A stretch of DNA of 64,000 nt, taken from contig CM035358.1 of assembly GCA_020137815.1 (NCBI GenBank), positions 186,001-250,000 of the forward strand, written 5' to 3'. This DNA is from Hormiphora californensis (taxonomy: Eukaryota; Animalia; Ctenophora). The notes under the pieces are model-generated. The model saw only the letters and a list, made by a program, of their open reading frames with translations. It ran no database searches and was not told the origin of the DNA. A program made the translations under genes and the position numbers. This document shows, one piece after another, positions 1-11,209 of this stretch (position 1 is the stretch's first letter; each line of letters opens with the position of its first letter).

Positions 1-527
1 ACAAAACTTAGTAGATGAACTGGGGAGTACCACCAGGACTATTGGTACGGTATCGAAAATTTGATATTTGTCGATATCTCGCGTCACAGACAAGGTAGAG
101 ACACCAAAATTTGGTACCCCGGCTATTTTTTGACGCTGAACACGATGCAAGCATCCATTTCAATCCACAATGCACAGATTTTTCTGAAGAGTAATATTAT
201 AAAAGTTCAAATAATGAACATATTAGTATTCTGAATAATGAGTTTAGAGCAAGAATTAAAAAGAGAAGAAAATCGAAAAATACTGGGTTTGACCGGGAAT
301 TAAACCAGGGACCTCCAGAGAGACATGCTCGGAGCTATAAACCACTAAGCTACCAAACCCTATGTACTGATATTCAAACTCCTGCCCTTAACTAGACACC
401 ATGAGATATCAAAATTACTTTCCAATGAACATATTACTTCATAACTAATGAACGAGACAGAATTGGAAATTTTCGATACCGTACCAATGGTCCTGGTGGT
501 ACTCCCCGTTCATCCACTAAGTTTTGT
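1..527. mobile_element. TIR element (MITE), left end probably cut by the window edge
   Basis: 1-62 (acaaaacttagt...ggtacggtatcgaaaat) is the near-perfect reverse complement of about 468-527. Confidence 0.8.
284..360 (-). pseudogene. tRNA-derived pseudogene inside the MITE
   Basis: The minus strand folds as a cloverleaf: acceptor GGGTTTG/CAAACCC, A-box-like TAGCTTAGTGG, 7-nt loop CATGTCT (TGT in the anticodon position), degenerate T-loop TTTAATT, with mismatches in two stems. Confidence 0.65.
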
Positions 528-557
528 GAGAAAACACGGCGCACCACTCTAACTTTA

Positions 558-808
558 AAGTCGAATTTTTTAATCAAGGGACAGGGGCCGCTCATTTTTG
601 CGTGTTATAATCGAGATCAAGTTCCTGGTAATCTTAAGACTTGAACCCGAAAGCGTTTCAAAGATAATTTTTTAAGACCTTTTCAATGCAATCAAAATCA
701 AGTCTTTATCTTATCAGGAACAGGAGATATGAGCGAAAACGTTTAGCACACGCAAAAAGACTTTTGTAAATGTGCGGCCCCCTGTCCCTTGATTAAAAAA
801 TTCGACTT
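558..808. mobile_element. TA-flanked MITE (Tc1/mariner-like target)
   Basis: TIR aagtcgaattttttaatcaagggacagggg / cccctgtcccttgattaaaaaattcgactt with TA on both sides. Related copies at about 12943-13198 and 63870-64000. Confidence 0.85.
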
Positions 809-1124
809 TACCAGCTGCAGAACCCGTTATCAAAAACCATATTTACTGTACGTGGAGGCTAGAAACACTTAATTATTAGATAATAATAATAATAATAGCA
901 GCATTTGTATACACGCTCATACCATATAGGTTACTAGAATAAAGTCCTAGTTATCTACACGGCAATCAGAGCGGTTCACCATTGCAAAATATATTCTAAA
1001 ATCTAAAATTAATCGAAAATATTTAAAATCCTATTTGAAAGTCCGGTGCTCTGATGCCCAAAAGTCCATATTCAAAACCTAACTAAATTTATAAACACAC
1101 AAACTCAGACCTTAACTCTGTCTC

Positions 1125-1805
1125 TCACACTTCCACCACCTTGCCACCCCGAATCCCAAAACTCTTCCCAGGCTCCGCCTCCTTCCTCTCCTTCAGTTTC
1201 ACAACCAGATGCCTCCTCTCCTCCCTCTCATCAGGAGAACGGTCTGGGGAGATGTAAAAATTCTTATGTCTATCAGAGTTCTTCAGACCTTTCTTATAAG
1301 AAATAACCTGGTCTCGGAACTCCCTGCCACACAGACGGAGCTTCACAGGCCGGTCAGAGCCCTCCTTGTACTTTCCCAGTCGCTGCATACTATTAATGCC
1401 AGTTAGACCCACACCCATGTAGGTAAACACTAGATTAACATCATGCTCCAGATCTAGATTGTTCTCAGTTGGGTCATCAGTCAAACCACGAACAATTACA
1501 TTGCTTATCCTGTCTTCTGTAGCTACTACTATAGCCTGGCGAACTCGTTTCGGTGCCAGCGCTGTGTCGCAACCCTTCTGGAGTACAGAAGAGAAACTCT
1601 TTATCTCCTGTTCAGCTGTAGATTGCACTGCAGTGATCTCCTTGTCTCTCTTCTCAAGTAGTTGGCACTGTAACTTTATAAGACTTTCCTAAGACTCCAC
1701 TAGGGCTTTCTGTGCAGCAATAACCTCCTCTTGGATCTCCATCTGTCTCCTCTCACTCTCTTCAACTTCATTACACCAACGGTCAAGTACTGGGTAACAT
1801 CTCTC
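1125..1805 (-). pseudogene. LINE ORF1-like protein, C-terminal part (coiled coil plus RRM-like region)
   Basis: NVIVRGL...RLGK...RPVKL...FYISPDRSPDERE motifs typical of CR1/L2-group ORF1. The frame continues to the Polinton TSD with one in-frame TAG at 1689-1691. Confidence 0.75.
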
Positions 1806-2858
1806 AGTAGTTGGAATCCTGTGAAACGAGCACAGGCAATGACGTCACAGGACGCCCCTACTACATTTCGAATAATTACATAATTATGTATAATTATGCA
1901 TAATTATGTAATTATTCAATTTATGCAAAATTCGCATATTTCCCCCTCCTCAGGTGTACCATACTAACACCGTGCTAGCAATATGCAATGTAATTTATGT
2001 ACCCTACTAGTACCCAACAGTACCCTACTAAGTAGTACCCTACTAGTACCCTACTAGTACCCAACAGTACCCTACTAGTACCCTACAGTACCATACTAGT
2101 ACCCTACTAGTACCCAACAGTACCCTACTAGTACCCTACAGCTGTACCACATAAGAAATTAAAAACACATTCCAGTTAAATGCTAAATATTCTATACAAT
2201 AATCACTGCGCTGGCAAGCGCAAAGGTGGCCCCATATTGTATAATGCGTGTGTAATTGAGGTGGTATCTCCCTTATATTACTAGCAATATGTGCATGTAC
2301 TGTATGTACTCTACTAGTACCCTACGTAGGGTAATAAAATTGCACGTACAGTACAAGTACCATACTAGCACCGTACTAACCCCGTACTAGCCCCGTATTA
2401 GTACCGTACTAGCATCGTACTAACTTCGTATTATCAAAAAGTATAATATTCTGTAATGATTTTAGATATAAAAGGAACATGGGAGAAACATCGTAGGAAC
2501 AGAGAGAAAAAATGGTAGGAATAGGGTAGGAACAAGAGAAGAAGAGAGAAGCAGAGTAGGAGCAAGGTTGGAATAAAACGGAGAAAAAAGGAACAGAATA
2601 AGAACATGATAGGAAAAAAAGTGAGAAAAAGGGAACAGGGTAATAACAAGGTAGAAATAAAACAAGGGGGGTCGAGATGCAGAGAGTAGGGAAAATGGAA
2701 CGGGGAAGGAATAAAACAGAGTAGTGAGGAACGATATAAGAACTATGACCAAAAGAAAGGAGCAACGTATGTATATTTGTGTTATGCCAATTGTGAACCG
2801 TTGGTCCAGGAGTAGTATATAAGGGGCTTAGTCTTACGATAATTCATTTCTAGTTATA

Positions 2859-3212
2859 ATGTCTCGAAAAGGTTGCCGCAAAGTGGATTACGATAGTGAT
2901 TCGCAAAATTCTGAAGATTGTGAATCCAATGCATCAGTGTGTGAGTCTATTGAATCAATTATTGATGATCATGAGCATCCATATGCTAATCTACTTAACT
3001 GCTTTGGATTCCGAGAAATTATCAATGAAGACGTTAATGAAATTGAACTAAACGAAGGCGAAGCATTGTTGATGGAATTTTTGCGAAAAACTGAATCGCT
3101 TAATGTCATTAAAGAAGTCCTCCAGCAAAATGAAGAATTGGCTAAACAGCTCTGCGATAAAGTCTATCCAAATAAAGAAGAAAAGTGTTCCAAATGCAAG
3201 CACAGTAAATGA
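2859..3212 (+). CDS. Polinton orphan ORF, 117 aa, acidic N-terminus and C-terminal CxxC
   Basis: Intact ATG ORF with TATA-like tatataag about 40 bp upstream (2816-2823). No family recognised. Confidence 0.6.
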   Translation: MSRKGCRKVDYDSDSQNSEDCESNASVCESIESIIDDHEHPYANLLNCFGFREIINEDVNEIELNEGEALLMEFLRKTESLNVIKEVLQQNEELAKQLCDKVYPNKEEKCSKCKHSK

Positions 3213-3247
3213 AGCTATAAAAGCCACAGAGAATCATTATTTCCAAA

Positions 3248-3856
3248 ATGCCATTTTCAATTCTATCAACACTTTCTCGTTTCTTTAATCGACAAGATGA
3301 TGATGCGACCATGGAAAACATCCAAGAACCTGCTGATGAAACTCCAGACTTTGAAGTCCTTTATAAGCACAAAGATTCTCAAGCTCGAAAGTACGAGCGA
3401 TTGTACAAACGTAAATCTAACGAATGCCAAGACCATTTGGAGAGGATCTCCCTGTTTGAAAAGCAAGTGAATGAGTGTGTGGTTAACTTAAATTCAAATG
3501 CTTTTTCTCAAGCACTACTAACTGATAAAAACATTGACGAGTTTTTGGAAGTCCATCGATTGTTGAACACAAACGATTGTTCTAAGGTCGAGAATAGTTT
3601 TCGTCTTTTAAAAGCAATCAAAACGTTATTTGTAGGGATAACTTATGGCGTGATTCCAATAGTTGTCAACCAATCTGCACTGCTTAGCCAAAAACAACGC
3701 AAGATAATAAAATTGTTGGATGCAAAAGGGAAAAGCGATATCAAAAATTTATTTAACAAGTATACAAGTGAGATTATTGCAATTTTTAGAATTTTCGAGG
3801 AGACATTGGTGTTTTTAAAAAAGTTGAGTGGCGATTTACCTTTAAATAGAGGATGA
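3248..3856 (+). CDS. Polinton orphan ORF, 202 aa, predicted helical/coiled-coil
   Basis: Intact ORF convergent with the protease; ATTAAA follows at 3881. No family recognised. Confidence 0.65.
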   Translation: MPFSILSTLSRFFNRQDDDATMENIQEPADETPDFEVLYKHKDSQARKYERLYKRKSNECQDHLERISLFEKQVNECVVNLNSNAFSQALLTDKNIDEFLEVHRLLNTNDCSKVENSFRLLKAIKTLFVGITYGVIPIVVNQSALLSQKQRKIIKLLDAKGKSDIKNLFNKYTSEIIAIFRIFEETLVFLKKLSGDLPLNRG

Positions 3857-3897
3857 AATGTTTAATTGTTTTATTTCCCCATTAAAAAACAAGCGTT

Positions 3898-4350
3898 TTA
3901 TATTGCCTCAAAATAAGTACGAACAAGCTCATCATTGTTTGCAATATGTTTGTACTTGGATAAAAAGTCTTTCAAACTTGTACCATAGCTCATTTGATAA
4001 ATAAAGTCTGCACAAAAATGTCCACAGGTTGTAGAACCAGGTAATTGTACTGGACGATCAACATAAGTGCAGCTTTTAAAACGCTTTGACAACTTGGAAA
4101 AGTCATTAGGTAGCGTATGATGAGTTGGTGGTCTGCCAAAGGAATCGAAAAATATAGCGCATCTATCTTCTATCCACCATCCACACCAATGGTTTCCACT
4201 TTCATCGTGATTCTCAGTGTTTGTTATAAATCCATAAACTTTTTTTCGGGAACGGATAGGTGCCCGAGCACACGCAGGAAATGTACCAATAAAGTAGTCA
4301 CGGGTGTAAGGGTTCCTAAACAGGACGTGATTCAGAGTGTCCGTATCCAT
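3898..4350 (-). CDS. Adenain-like (adenovirus/Polinton) cysteine protease
   Basis: FIGTFP, FITNT, GNHW (catalytic His), FFDSFG (Asp), VQ...STTCGHFC (oxyanion Gln and catalytic Cys). Likely start MDTDTL at 4350; the ORF is open to 4467. Confidence 0.92.
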   Translation of the reverse strand: MDTDTLNHVLFRNPYTRDYFIGTFPACARAPIRSRKKVYGFITNTENHDESGNHWCGWWIEDRCAIFFDSFGRPPTHHTLPNDFSKLSKRFKSCTYVDRPVQLPGSTTCGHFCADFIYQMSYGTSLKDFLSKYKHIANNDELVRTYFEAI

Positions 4351-5592
4351 AACTGATAACTGGTTGTTCGAAACTGATAGATTTGCTTTTATATGGTGGA
4401 CCTGGCTGATATATGGCAGTTCTAGAGAGGAGACTCTAGTTAAATAAATTTCGCGTGACATGTCCAAAACCTATAGCAATCTTGCTAACAATAACCACAA
4501 AAGAATGTAAGATAATCCTATATAGGTCTATGTAGTGCTAAACCACCTGTTTTTCCATTGTTTTCACCGACCACCACCGTTGTTATAACAATAGTTTTGT
4601 CAATATGTAGACTTTTCATCTCATCAGGAGGGACCAAAAGATGAAACTGAACGGGAACCATCTAACCTTTCTTCTTCCTTCATCTAATGCTCTAGGTTAT
4701 AATAATATCTTATTAAGTTTTACCATTAGGCTAGTCGCACTTTTCCTCACTGAAAACATTCTTTTGGGCACGTCGTGCCCCTCATGTTCACACGCCAGAA
4801 GGGCGATACCCTCACACAACGAAGTTGGTCGCTACGCGACCAAAGCATTCTTAAAATATATACAATTTTCCTACCATGTTCCTCCAATGTTCCTACCATG
4901 TTTCTCCCATGTTCCTTTTATATCTAAAATAATTACAGAATATTATACTTTTTGATAATACGAAGTTAGTACGATGCTAGTACGGTACTAATACGGGGCT
5001 AGTACGGGGTTAGTACGGTGCTAGTATGGTACTTGTACCATACGTGCAGTTTTAGTACCCTACGTAGGGTACTAGTAGAGTACATACAGTACATACACAC
5101 ATTGCTAGTAGCGTGCTAGCACGGTGTTAGTATGGTGCGCCTGAAGAAAAGAAAAAATATGTGAGTTTTGTATAAACAATTACATAATTATGCAAATGTG
5201 TTTTTAATTTCTTATGTGGTACAGCTGTAGGGTACTAGTAGGGTACTGTTGGGTACTAGTAGGGTACTGTTGGGTACTAGTAGGGTACTAGTAGGGTACT
5301 GTAGGGTACTAGTAGGGTACCTAGTAGGGTACTAGTATGGTACTGTAGGGTACTAGTAGGGTACATACATTGCATTGCATATTGCTAGTACGGTGTTAGT
5401 ATGGTACACCTGAGGAGGGGGGAAAATATGCGAATTTGCATAAATTGAATAATTACATAATTATGCATAATTATACATAATTATGTAATTATTCGAAATG
5501 TAGTAGGGGCGTTACAGGGGATGACGTCACGACAGTGACGTCATCACCTGTGACGTCATTGCCTGTGCTCGTTTCACAGGATTCCAACTACT

Positions 5593-5892
5593 TCTCTCCA
5601 CCAGGAAATGACACACTTTCTCTGTGAACAAGTCTAGATCAGGCCTCTTGATTGCCTTTAGCTTACTCTTACTGGGGCATTTCAAACTATCCCATTGACC
5701 GTGTCCAGCACTCAAACTCTTCGGGAAACTATCTTTCATACCAGCATGTCCAAACAAGTCCTTTAACAGATCGAATAATTCACCCAGGACCTCACCATAC
5801 ACACTCCTCCGTACCCTTTATCACTGTACAGTGTACACCCTTAGTCGGTCCTTAAAGCTACCAATAGAAGCTGTACTACCACTCATAGCCAT
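5593..5892 (-). pseudogene. LINE ORF1-like protein, N-terminal part
   Basis: ...KVCHFLVER joins in frame to CYPVLDRW... at 1799 once the Polinton and one TSD are removed. There are two stops shortly after the ATG at 5892. Confidence 0.6.
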
Positions 5893-6091
5893 TGAGCGCA
5901 GAGAGAGATTTATATCTCACAATACGAGAGATTCGCAAGCACAATAAGAGATAAGAGACAGCTCAAACTGTAACAAAATTAATCATTTTTCCAAAATTTG
6001 TGATTTTTTTGAGACGGGGAGGCGGCCATCTAGACCCTATGAAGTGAGTAAAATTAGACCAGAAAATATTCATAAAATTGAATAAACAAAC

Positions 6092-6160
6092 CTTATTATC
6101 GATTGAAGCACTAAGGGGGAGTCCATCAGTCACCCTTGCAACCAGAGTAACCAGAACCAT
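6092..6160 (-). CDS. SEC22: Vesicle-trafficking SNARE SEC22, first coding exon (the rest lies left of the window)
   Basis: MVLVTLVARVTDGLPLSASIDNK matches the SEC22 longin N-terminus (MVLxTxIARVxDGLPLAAS). GT donor at 6091; acceptor-like ttttagcag directly before the ATG. Confidence 0.85.
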
Positions 6161-6344
6161 CTGCTAAAAGGAAGTAGTTTTAACATCTCCTTATATAATA
6201 TCTTCCCAATGGAAAAGGTAGGATATTTTATGTTTTACTGGTCTGGGTTAATTAATTAAATTTAATTGGAAGCTAGAGTAACTGCCAATCAAAGATTTTC
6301 AGATTTCGTGTGATGACGCCATTAATTGCTTGCGGAGTAATTCT

Positions 6345-6776
6345 TGTAAATGTAAATGTAAATGTAAATGTAAATGTAAATGTAAATGTAAATGTAAATG
6401 TAAATGTAAATGTAAATGTAAATGTAAATGTAAATGTAAATGTAAATGTAAATGTAAATGTAAATGTAAATGTAAATGTAAATGTAAATGTAAATGTAAA
6501 TGTAAATGTAAATGTAAATGTAAATGTAAATGTAAATGTAAATGTAAATGTAAATGTAAATGTAAATGTAAATGTAAATGTAAATGTAAATGTAAATGTA
6601 AATGTAAATGTAAATGTAAATGTAAATGTAAATGTAAATGTAAATGTAAATGTAAATGTAAATGTAAATGTAAATGTAAATGTAAATGTAAATGTAAATG
6701 TAAATGTAAATGTAAATGTAAATGTAAATGTAAATGTAAATGTAAATGTAAATGTAAATGTAAATGTAAATGTAAA
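6345..6776. repeat. (TGTAAA)n microsatellite, about 72 perfect units
   Basis: Direct reading. Confidence 0.97.
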
Positions 6777-6925
6777 TTAAGTCCAAAAACCAATTAAATA
6801 AATTAGTTTGGATGCCCGGGCCCATGTGGTGTCACGGGGGTAAGACCTTTAGGCTACTGCCATAATTAACGGCATATCTCGTTAATTGTTATCCTTCAAT
6901 CTTTCTATCTCTATCTATCTCTCTC

Positions 6926-7000
<75 letters not shown>

Positions 7001-7215
7001 CACTGTTTCTTTCACTATATCTCTCTTTTTTCTCTCTCCTCTTATTTATCTCTCCGTCTTTCTTGATTATATCTCACTCTTTCTATAATAATTTCTTTTG
7101 CCTTTATCTCTCTCGATATCCATCATTTATGACAGTAGCCTAAAGGTGTTACCCCCGTGACACCACATGGGCCCGGGCATCCAAACTAATTTATTTAATT
7201 GGTTTTTGGACTTAA
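6777..7215. mobile_element. TTAA-bounded MITE with an internal (CT)n tract
   Basis: About 80-bp TIRs ttaagtccaaaaaccaattaaataaattagtttggatgcccgggccc... and its reverse complement at 7133-7215. Confidence 0.85.
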
Positions 7216-7620
7216 TTTCTGTTCTTTTTGGTGTTAAATAGAAAAGGCTATTTTTTCTGATTTCTGCATATTTTCGAACTTGAATAGTTCATAAATATGT
7301 GAATAACGACTAAACGGTGAGAGATACGACTTTTTGTCAGGGGGACGACCCCCCATAAATCGACTATTTTGCGTCGAAATATGTCCATGAAAACGTTCTA
7401 GGACAAGCCGAAGTGAAAATATTGAAAATATGCATGAAATCGTGAATAGGTGCATAAATATGCAAATAACGGCTAAACGGTGCGAGATAGAGATTTTTGT
7501 CCCGAGTAAAACCCCCCCATAAATCGATGATTCCGCGTCGAATAAGACCGGTTTCAAGATTCTATGACCTTCGAGTCGTGTCATATCGCGACCATGGTTT
7601 AAATGAATATTTAACGACTT

Positions 7621-7870
7621 ATGTTGGGAGCATGACGTCACGCATCTATCTCTTGTATTCTGTATGTGTGCGCGCCCGGGCATGTTCGATGTGTTGCCTA
7701 CAGAGAGAATACAGAGATAGATGCGTGACGTCATGCTCCCAACATAATAAAAGTATCTCAGTGATGGAGGGGCCAATTTTAAGCGGGAAAAAAACAAAAT
7801 GCTCAGAGAAATAATCTCTACTACCTACAACAACATTGTCCAATTCTGTGTCGGTCCACTCTCACTTTAA
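7621..7870. mobile_element. Right end of a TTAA/AG..CT (Kolobok-like) MITE family with an internal 125-bp hairpin
   Basis: Ends ...ggtccactctcact TTAA. The same terminus occurs at 14564, about 16060, 37312 and 39095. Hairpin at 7621-7746. Confidence 0.7.
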
Positions 7871-9383
7871 GTTGGCCAATTTCAGATTTGAAAAAACTAG
7901 CTGAAAGCTGACAATATTAGCTTTCTGATGGTATAAAAATTGTATAAATATTCACACGTTTTTACTCCAAATTCTGGTAAATTAATAGTAAGGGGATATT
8001 TCAGCTTGACCGGGAAAAAATGTGTAACAAGAGTTTTCCATCGCCATTGTACTAATAATGGATCCCTCTAACGATCCCAACCAATGCTCAAATTGAGCAG
8101 AGGGTGCTAAGGCCTCATTTCCGGGTGGGCGTGGTACCTGTGTACCTGAGGCCAAAACCATAAGTACCCTTAAAATAGGAGTAGAGATGAAATCGAGGGC
8201 ACTAAAGTGATCAGCGTCGTCGCATTAGTGGGAGTAAGTGCATGCATGTTGCATGATATTATTCTTTAATTTGATTATCGCCCATAAAAGAGGCACTTGG
8301 CCACTGTGCCAATTTCAATCAATCAAGTGCCGGAATTTAGTCTCTATCTCATCTGGTTAATTAGATAATTGGATAATTAGGTTTGTGCTTAACCGTTTTT
8401 TGGCAATACGGCTATAGCCACTTAAGAATGGTTTGGAGACGTTTCATTGGTGCCATTCTTAAGTGGCTATAGCCGTATAGCCAACAAACAGTTATGTGCA
8501 AATCTAATTATCCAATTATCTAATTAACCAGATGAGATAGAGACTTAATTCCGGCACCTACCCCCACTAATGCGACGACGCTGATCACTTTAGTGCCCTC
8601 GATTTCATCTCTACTCCTATTTTAAGGGTACTTATGGTTTTGGCCTCAGGTTGAAAACACAGGTACCACGCCCACCCGGAAATGAGGCCTTAGCACCCTC
8701 TGCTCAATTTGAGCATTGGTTGGGATCGTTAGATGGGTCCATTCTGAGTACAATGGCGTTGGAAAACTCTTGTTACACATTTTTTTCCCGGTTTGGGCAA
8801 AAATTGTCGTTAAATCCCCTTACTATAAGTTTACTGGGGCAATTCGAACCACCGGGGCAATTCGAAACTGGGGCAATTTGGTTAGTGAACCGGGCCAATG
8901 ATGTGCAGTTCTTTGTACCACGTGACATCGGGGCAATTCGAACCAGAACGACCAGTGTGGAGATTGCGTGGAGATTGCATGGTTCGAATTGCCCCCACCT
9001 CTAACAACACCAGGCGGGAATCTTCTTCTGGTGTTGTGAAGACGTTCTCGTGATTCCCACGTGACGAAATAAAGCACTCCTATTGGTGTGGTCCGAATTG
9101 CCCCGGTACCAATGTTGGTCCCTAGAGTTGAAATTTATCTTATTTGAAAGATAAAATAATGAACTTTCAGCCTATATATATTTTTTCATTGTATCTAATT
9201 TTGGTTGAGTGTGTGAGTAAACTGCTCTGATTATCCCTCAGTGGCAGTATTAGCTATGCTATGCTGTCCCTGGGGGATCTGGGCAGGATACAAGTCTAGA
9301 TATTATTATTATTATTATCTTTTTTCAAATGGGAGTGAGCACCGATTAAGTAAAAAGTTAACCATTTTGCCCCGGTTTACCCT
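7870..9383. mobile_element. gggtaaaccggggc-family MITE carrying a nested foldback (about 8008-8790) and a short (TAT)n-tailed retroposon (about 9197-9318)
   Basis: Reverse-complement similarity to 19910-20605; nested inverted arms 8008-8240 and 8560-8790. Confidence 0.65.
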
Positions 9384-10793
9384 AAGGCATGATCTCAGGA
9401 GGGAGAATTATAGCCTCGGCCATAACTTCACTGTACGGTTCTCCGGTTCTTGTGGAAATTCGGTGTGAGAGAGTCTTTACCACCTTTTGGAACTCGTTGG
9501 CTATCCCACCTGCTGTATTCATAACCAGCGGAGAGAAGGCACCCCCTTCAACTTCTTGTACACGTTTTCCGTACGACTTCTTCTTGCTAGCCTCGTTTCT
9601 TTGGCAGAGTTGGCCGAGGAGCGTGTCGATAAAGGAAGGCGAATTGGCATGGAAAATTCGCACATCCATATATGGATGTGCGAATATGAGCCAGCTGCAT
9701 TTTTTGCCACATGTCAAGTGCGACCACGTCCATCCTTGCATCAGGGGCTGTGTTTGCCGAAGGGTGAAAGTGGATCCCGTCCGGACATGAGAGAAGTAGC
9801 TTCTCTGTTTCCACGCCTTTGAGGCCCGCATACGAGCATATCTTCGCCATAAGGTCCCTGATGTTGTCGTGACGGAGAATGGAATACCCACCGGTGGAAC
9901 AGGACAAGGTATGGTCCGCATTGTTTGGCTTTCCACATACACATGTCGATTCCAAATCTTTGACCTCAAACCCATACCACATTGCCACTGAGTCTACGAA
10001 TTCCAATTGATTCCGTTCGAAGCCCAGGTGAGGGTAGGGTGTTGCCGTGAGCCATCCAGATGCTCCGGCCTCTCCAGCGAGCTCTAGACATCTCACTAGC
10101 TTTGGGCATGTGATTCTAGTGAGTAACTCTTTGAGAGTGTCTGATTGGTGATCCTCGTTCTCCTTTGCAATCTTGTTCCTTGCCTCTCTTGCATTTTTCT
10201 CCACTAGAGCCATTTCTATTTCTTCTTCATTACGGCATAGTATCAAATCAACAAGGGGCTCCGTCAATGCTGAATCACGTAAGCAACTTTTCCAAGCCCT
10301 CCGAGGTCGGGAATTTGCCCTAATTGAGTATAATTGGGTCTAATTGGCCTTAACTGCTCAATTAGGACACTTTCCCGACATCTGAGGGGTTGGAAATTTA
10401 GTCGGGTACAGCGGTTTTCGTTGGCTGCGAAGCAGCCCCTCCGCAGGGTGTGTGAGGGGTTCGCGAAAAATCGCGCGCGAAAAAAGAGGGCGCGACGTGC
10501 CCAACGGTTTTCGCTTTGATATAAACAAGTTTTAGTTGGTTGGCCAGAATCTGCCACGTGTGTGGCAGATTCTGGCCAAGGTTTTTTGAGAATCTTGGCC
10601 GGAATCTGCCACCCTCGTGGCAGATTCCGGCCAATAATTTTAACGACATGTTTATTTTTATTTTGAACTAGAGTACCCGTTTGCTGGGAACCCGTGACCT
10701 GGTAAATGGTAATTTATCCTCATATAACCGGTGACATTTGTGTTTGATTTTTAAAAGATAATTTGTTTGTTCCTTAGAGCAATGAGTCTCATA

Positions 10794-11038
10794 GTAGGAG
10801 CGGTTAGATCAGCACGTGTAGAAAGTCGCGCGCCACCCTAATCTCAGGTTACTCTCACGGCTTCATTTTGCATCCAATCCAAAAGTGACCTTCATCAAAC
10901 CTGTAGATCTCCTCAAGGAGAAGCGAAAACTTGAGAGACATTTCTTGATAATGATTGGATGCGACCTCGAGGACTATGACAATGCGCAAAAAGGGGTGGC
11001 ATGCGACTTTAACCACGTGGTGATCTAACCGCTCCTAC
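10794..11038. mobile_element. TA-flanked MITE
   Basis: TIR gtaggagcggttagatca / tgatctaaccgctcctac; partial second copy at about 12690-12845. Confidence 0.75.
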
Positions 11039-11209
11039 TATACTCCATTTTTTTCAACTGTTCACCCCCCAAAGTCGTGCGCGGAATTGTTTTGCGCGTC
11101 TATCACATGTTAACGTGTAGCGCGCGCCACGAAAATTCTAAATTTCACTAAAATTTCAATTTTGGGTGAACAGTTGAAAAAAAATGGACTTTTTTTTATA
11201 TCATACACC

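Larger units (their letters stand above)
1806..5592. mobile_element. Non-autonomous mini-Polinton/Maverick
   Basis: Termini AGTAGT...ACTACT; 6-bp TSD TCTCTC (1800-1805, 5593-5598); imperfect TIRs of about 700 bp (1806-~2520, ~4869-5592) containing a ctactagtacc minisatellite; internal adenain-type protease. Confidence 0.9.
880..5960 (-). mobile_element. ORF1-only non-LTR retroelement with an L2/CR1-like 3' tail, interrupted by the mini-Polinton
   Basis: The minus-strand ORF1-like frame is followed by about 240 bp of UTR ending gcgtgtatacaaatgctgc(tat)n at 880-916. No RT lies between ORF1 and the tail. The 5' boundary is approximate. Confidence 0.55.

Noticed and set aside
6299-6825. Poly-LH/VN/IY/CK ORFs, and similar ER/SL/QTKPN/CPQ-repeat ORFs elsewhere
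   Set aside because: These are translations of microsatellites and minisatellites, not genes.
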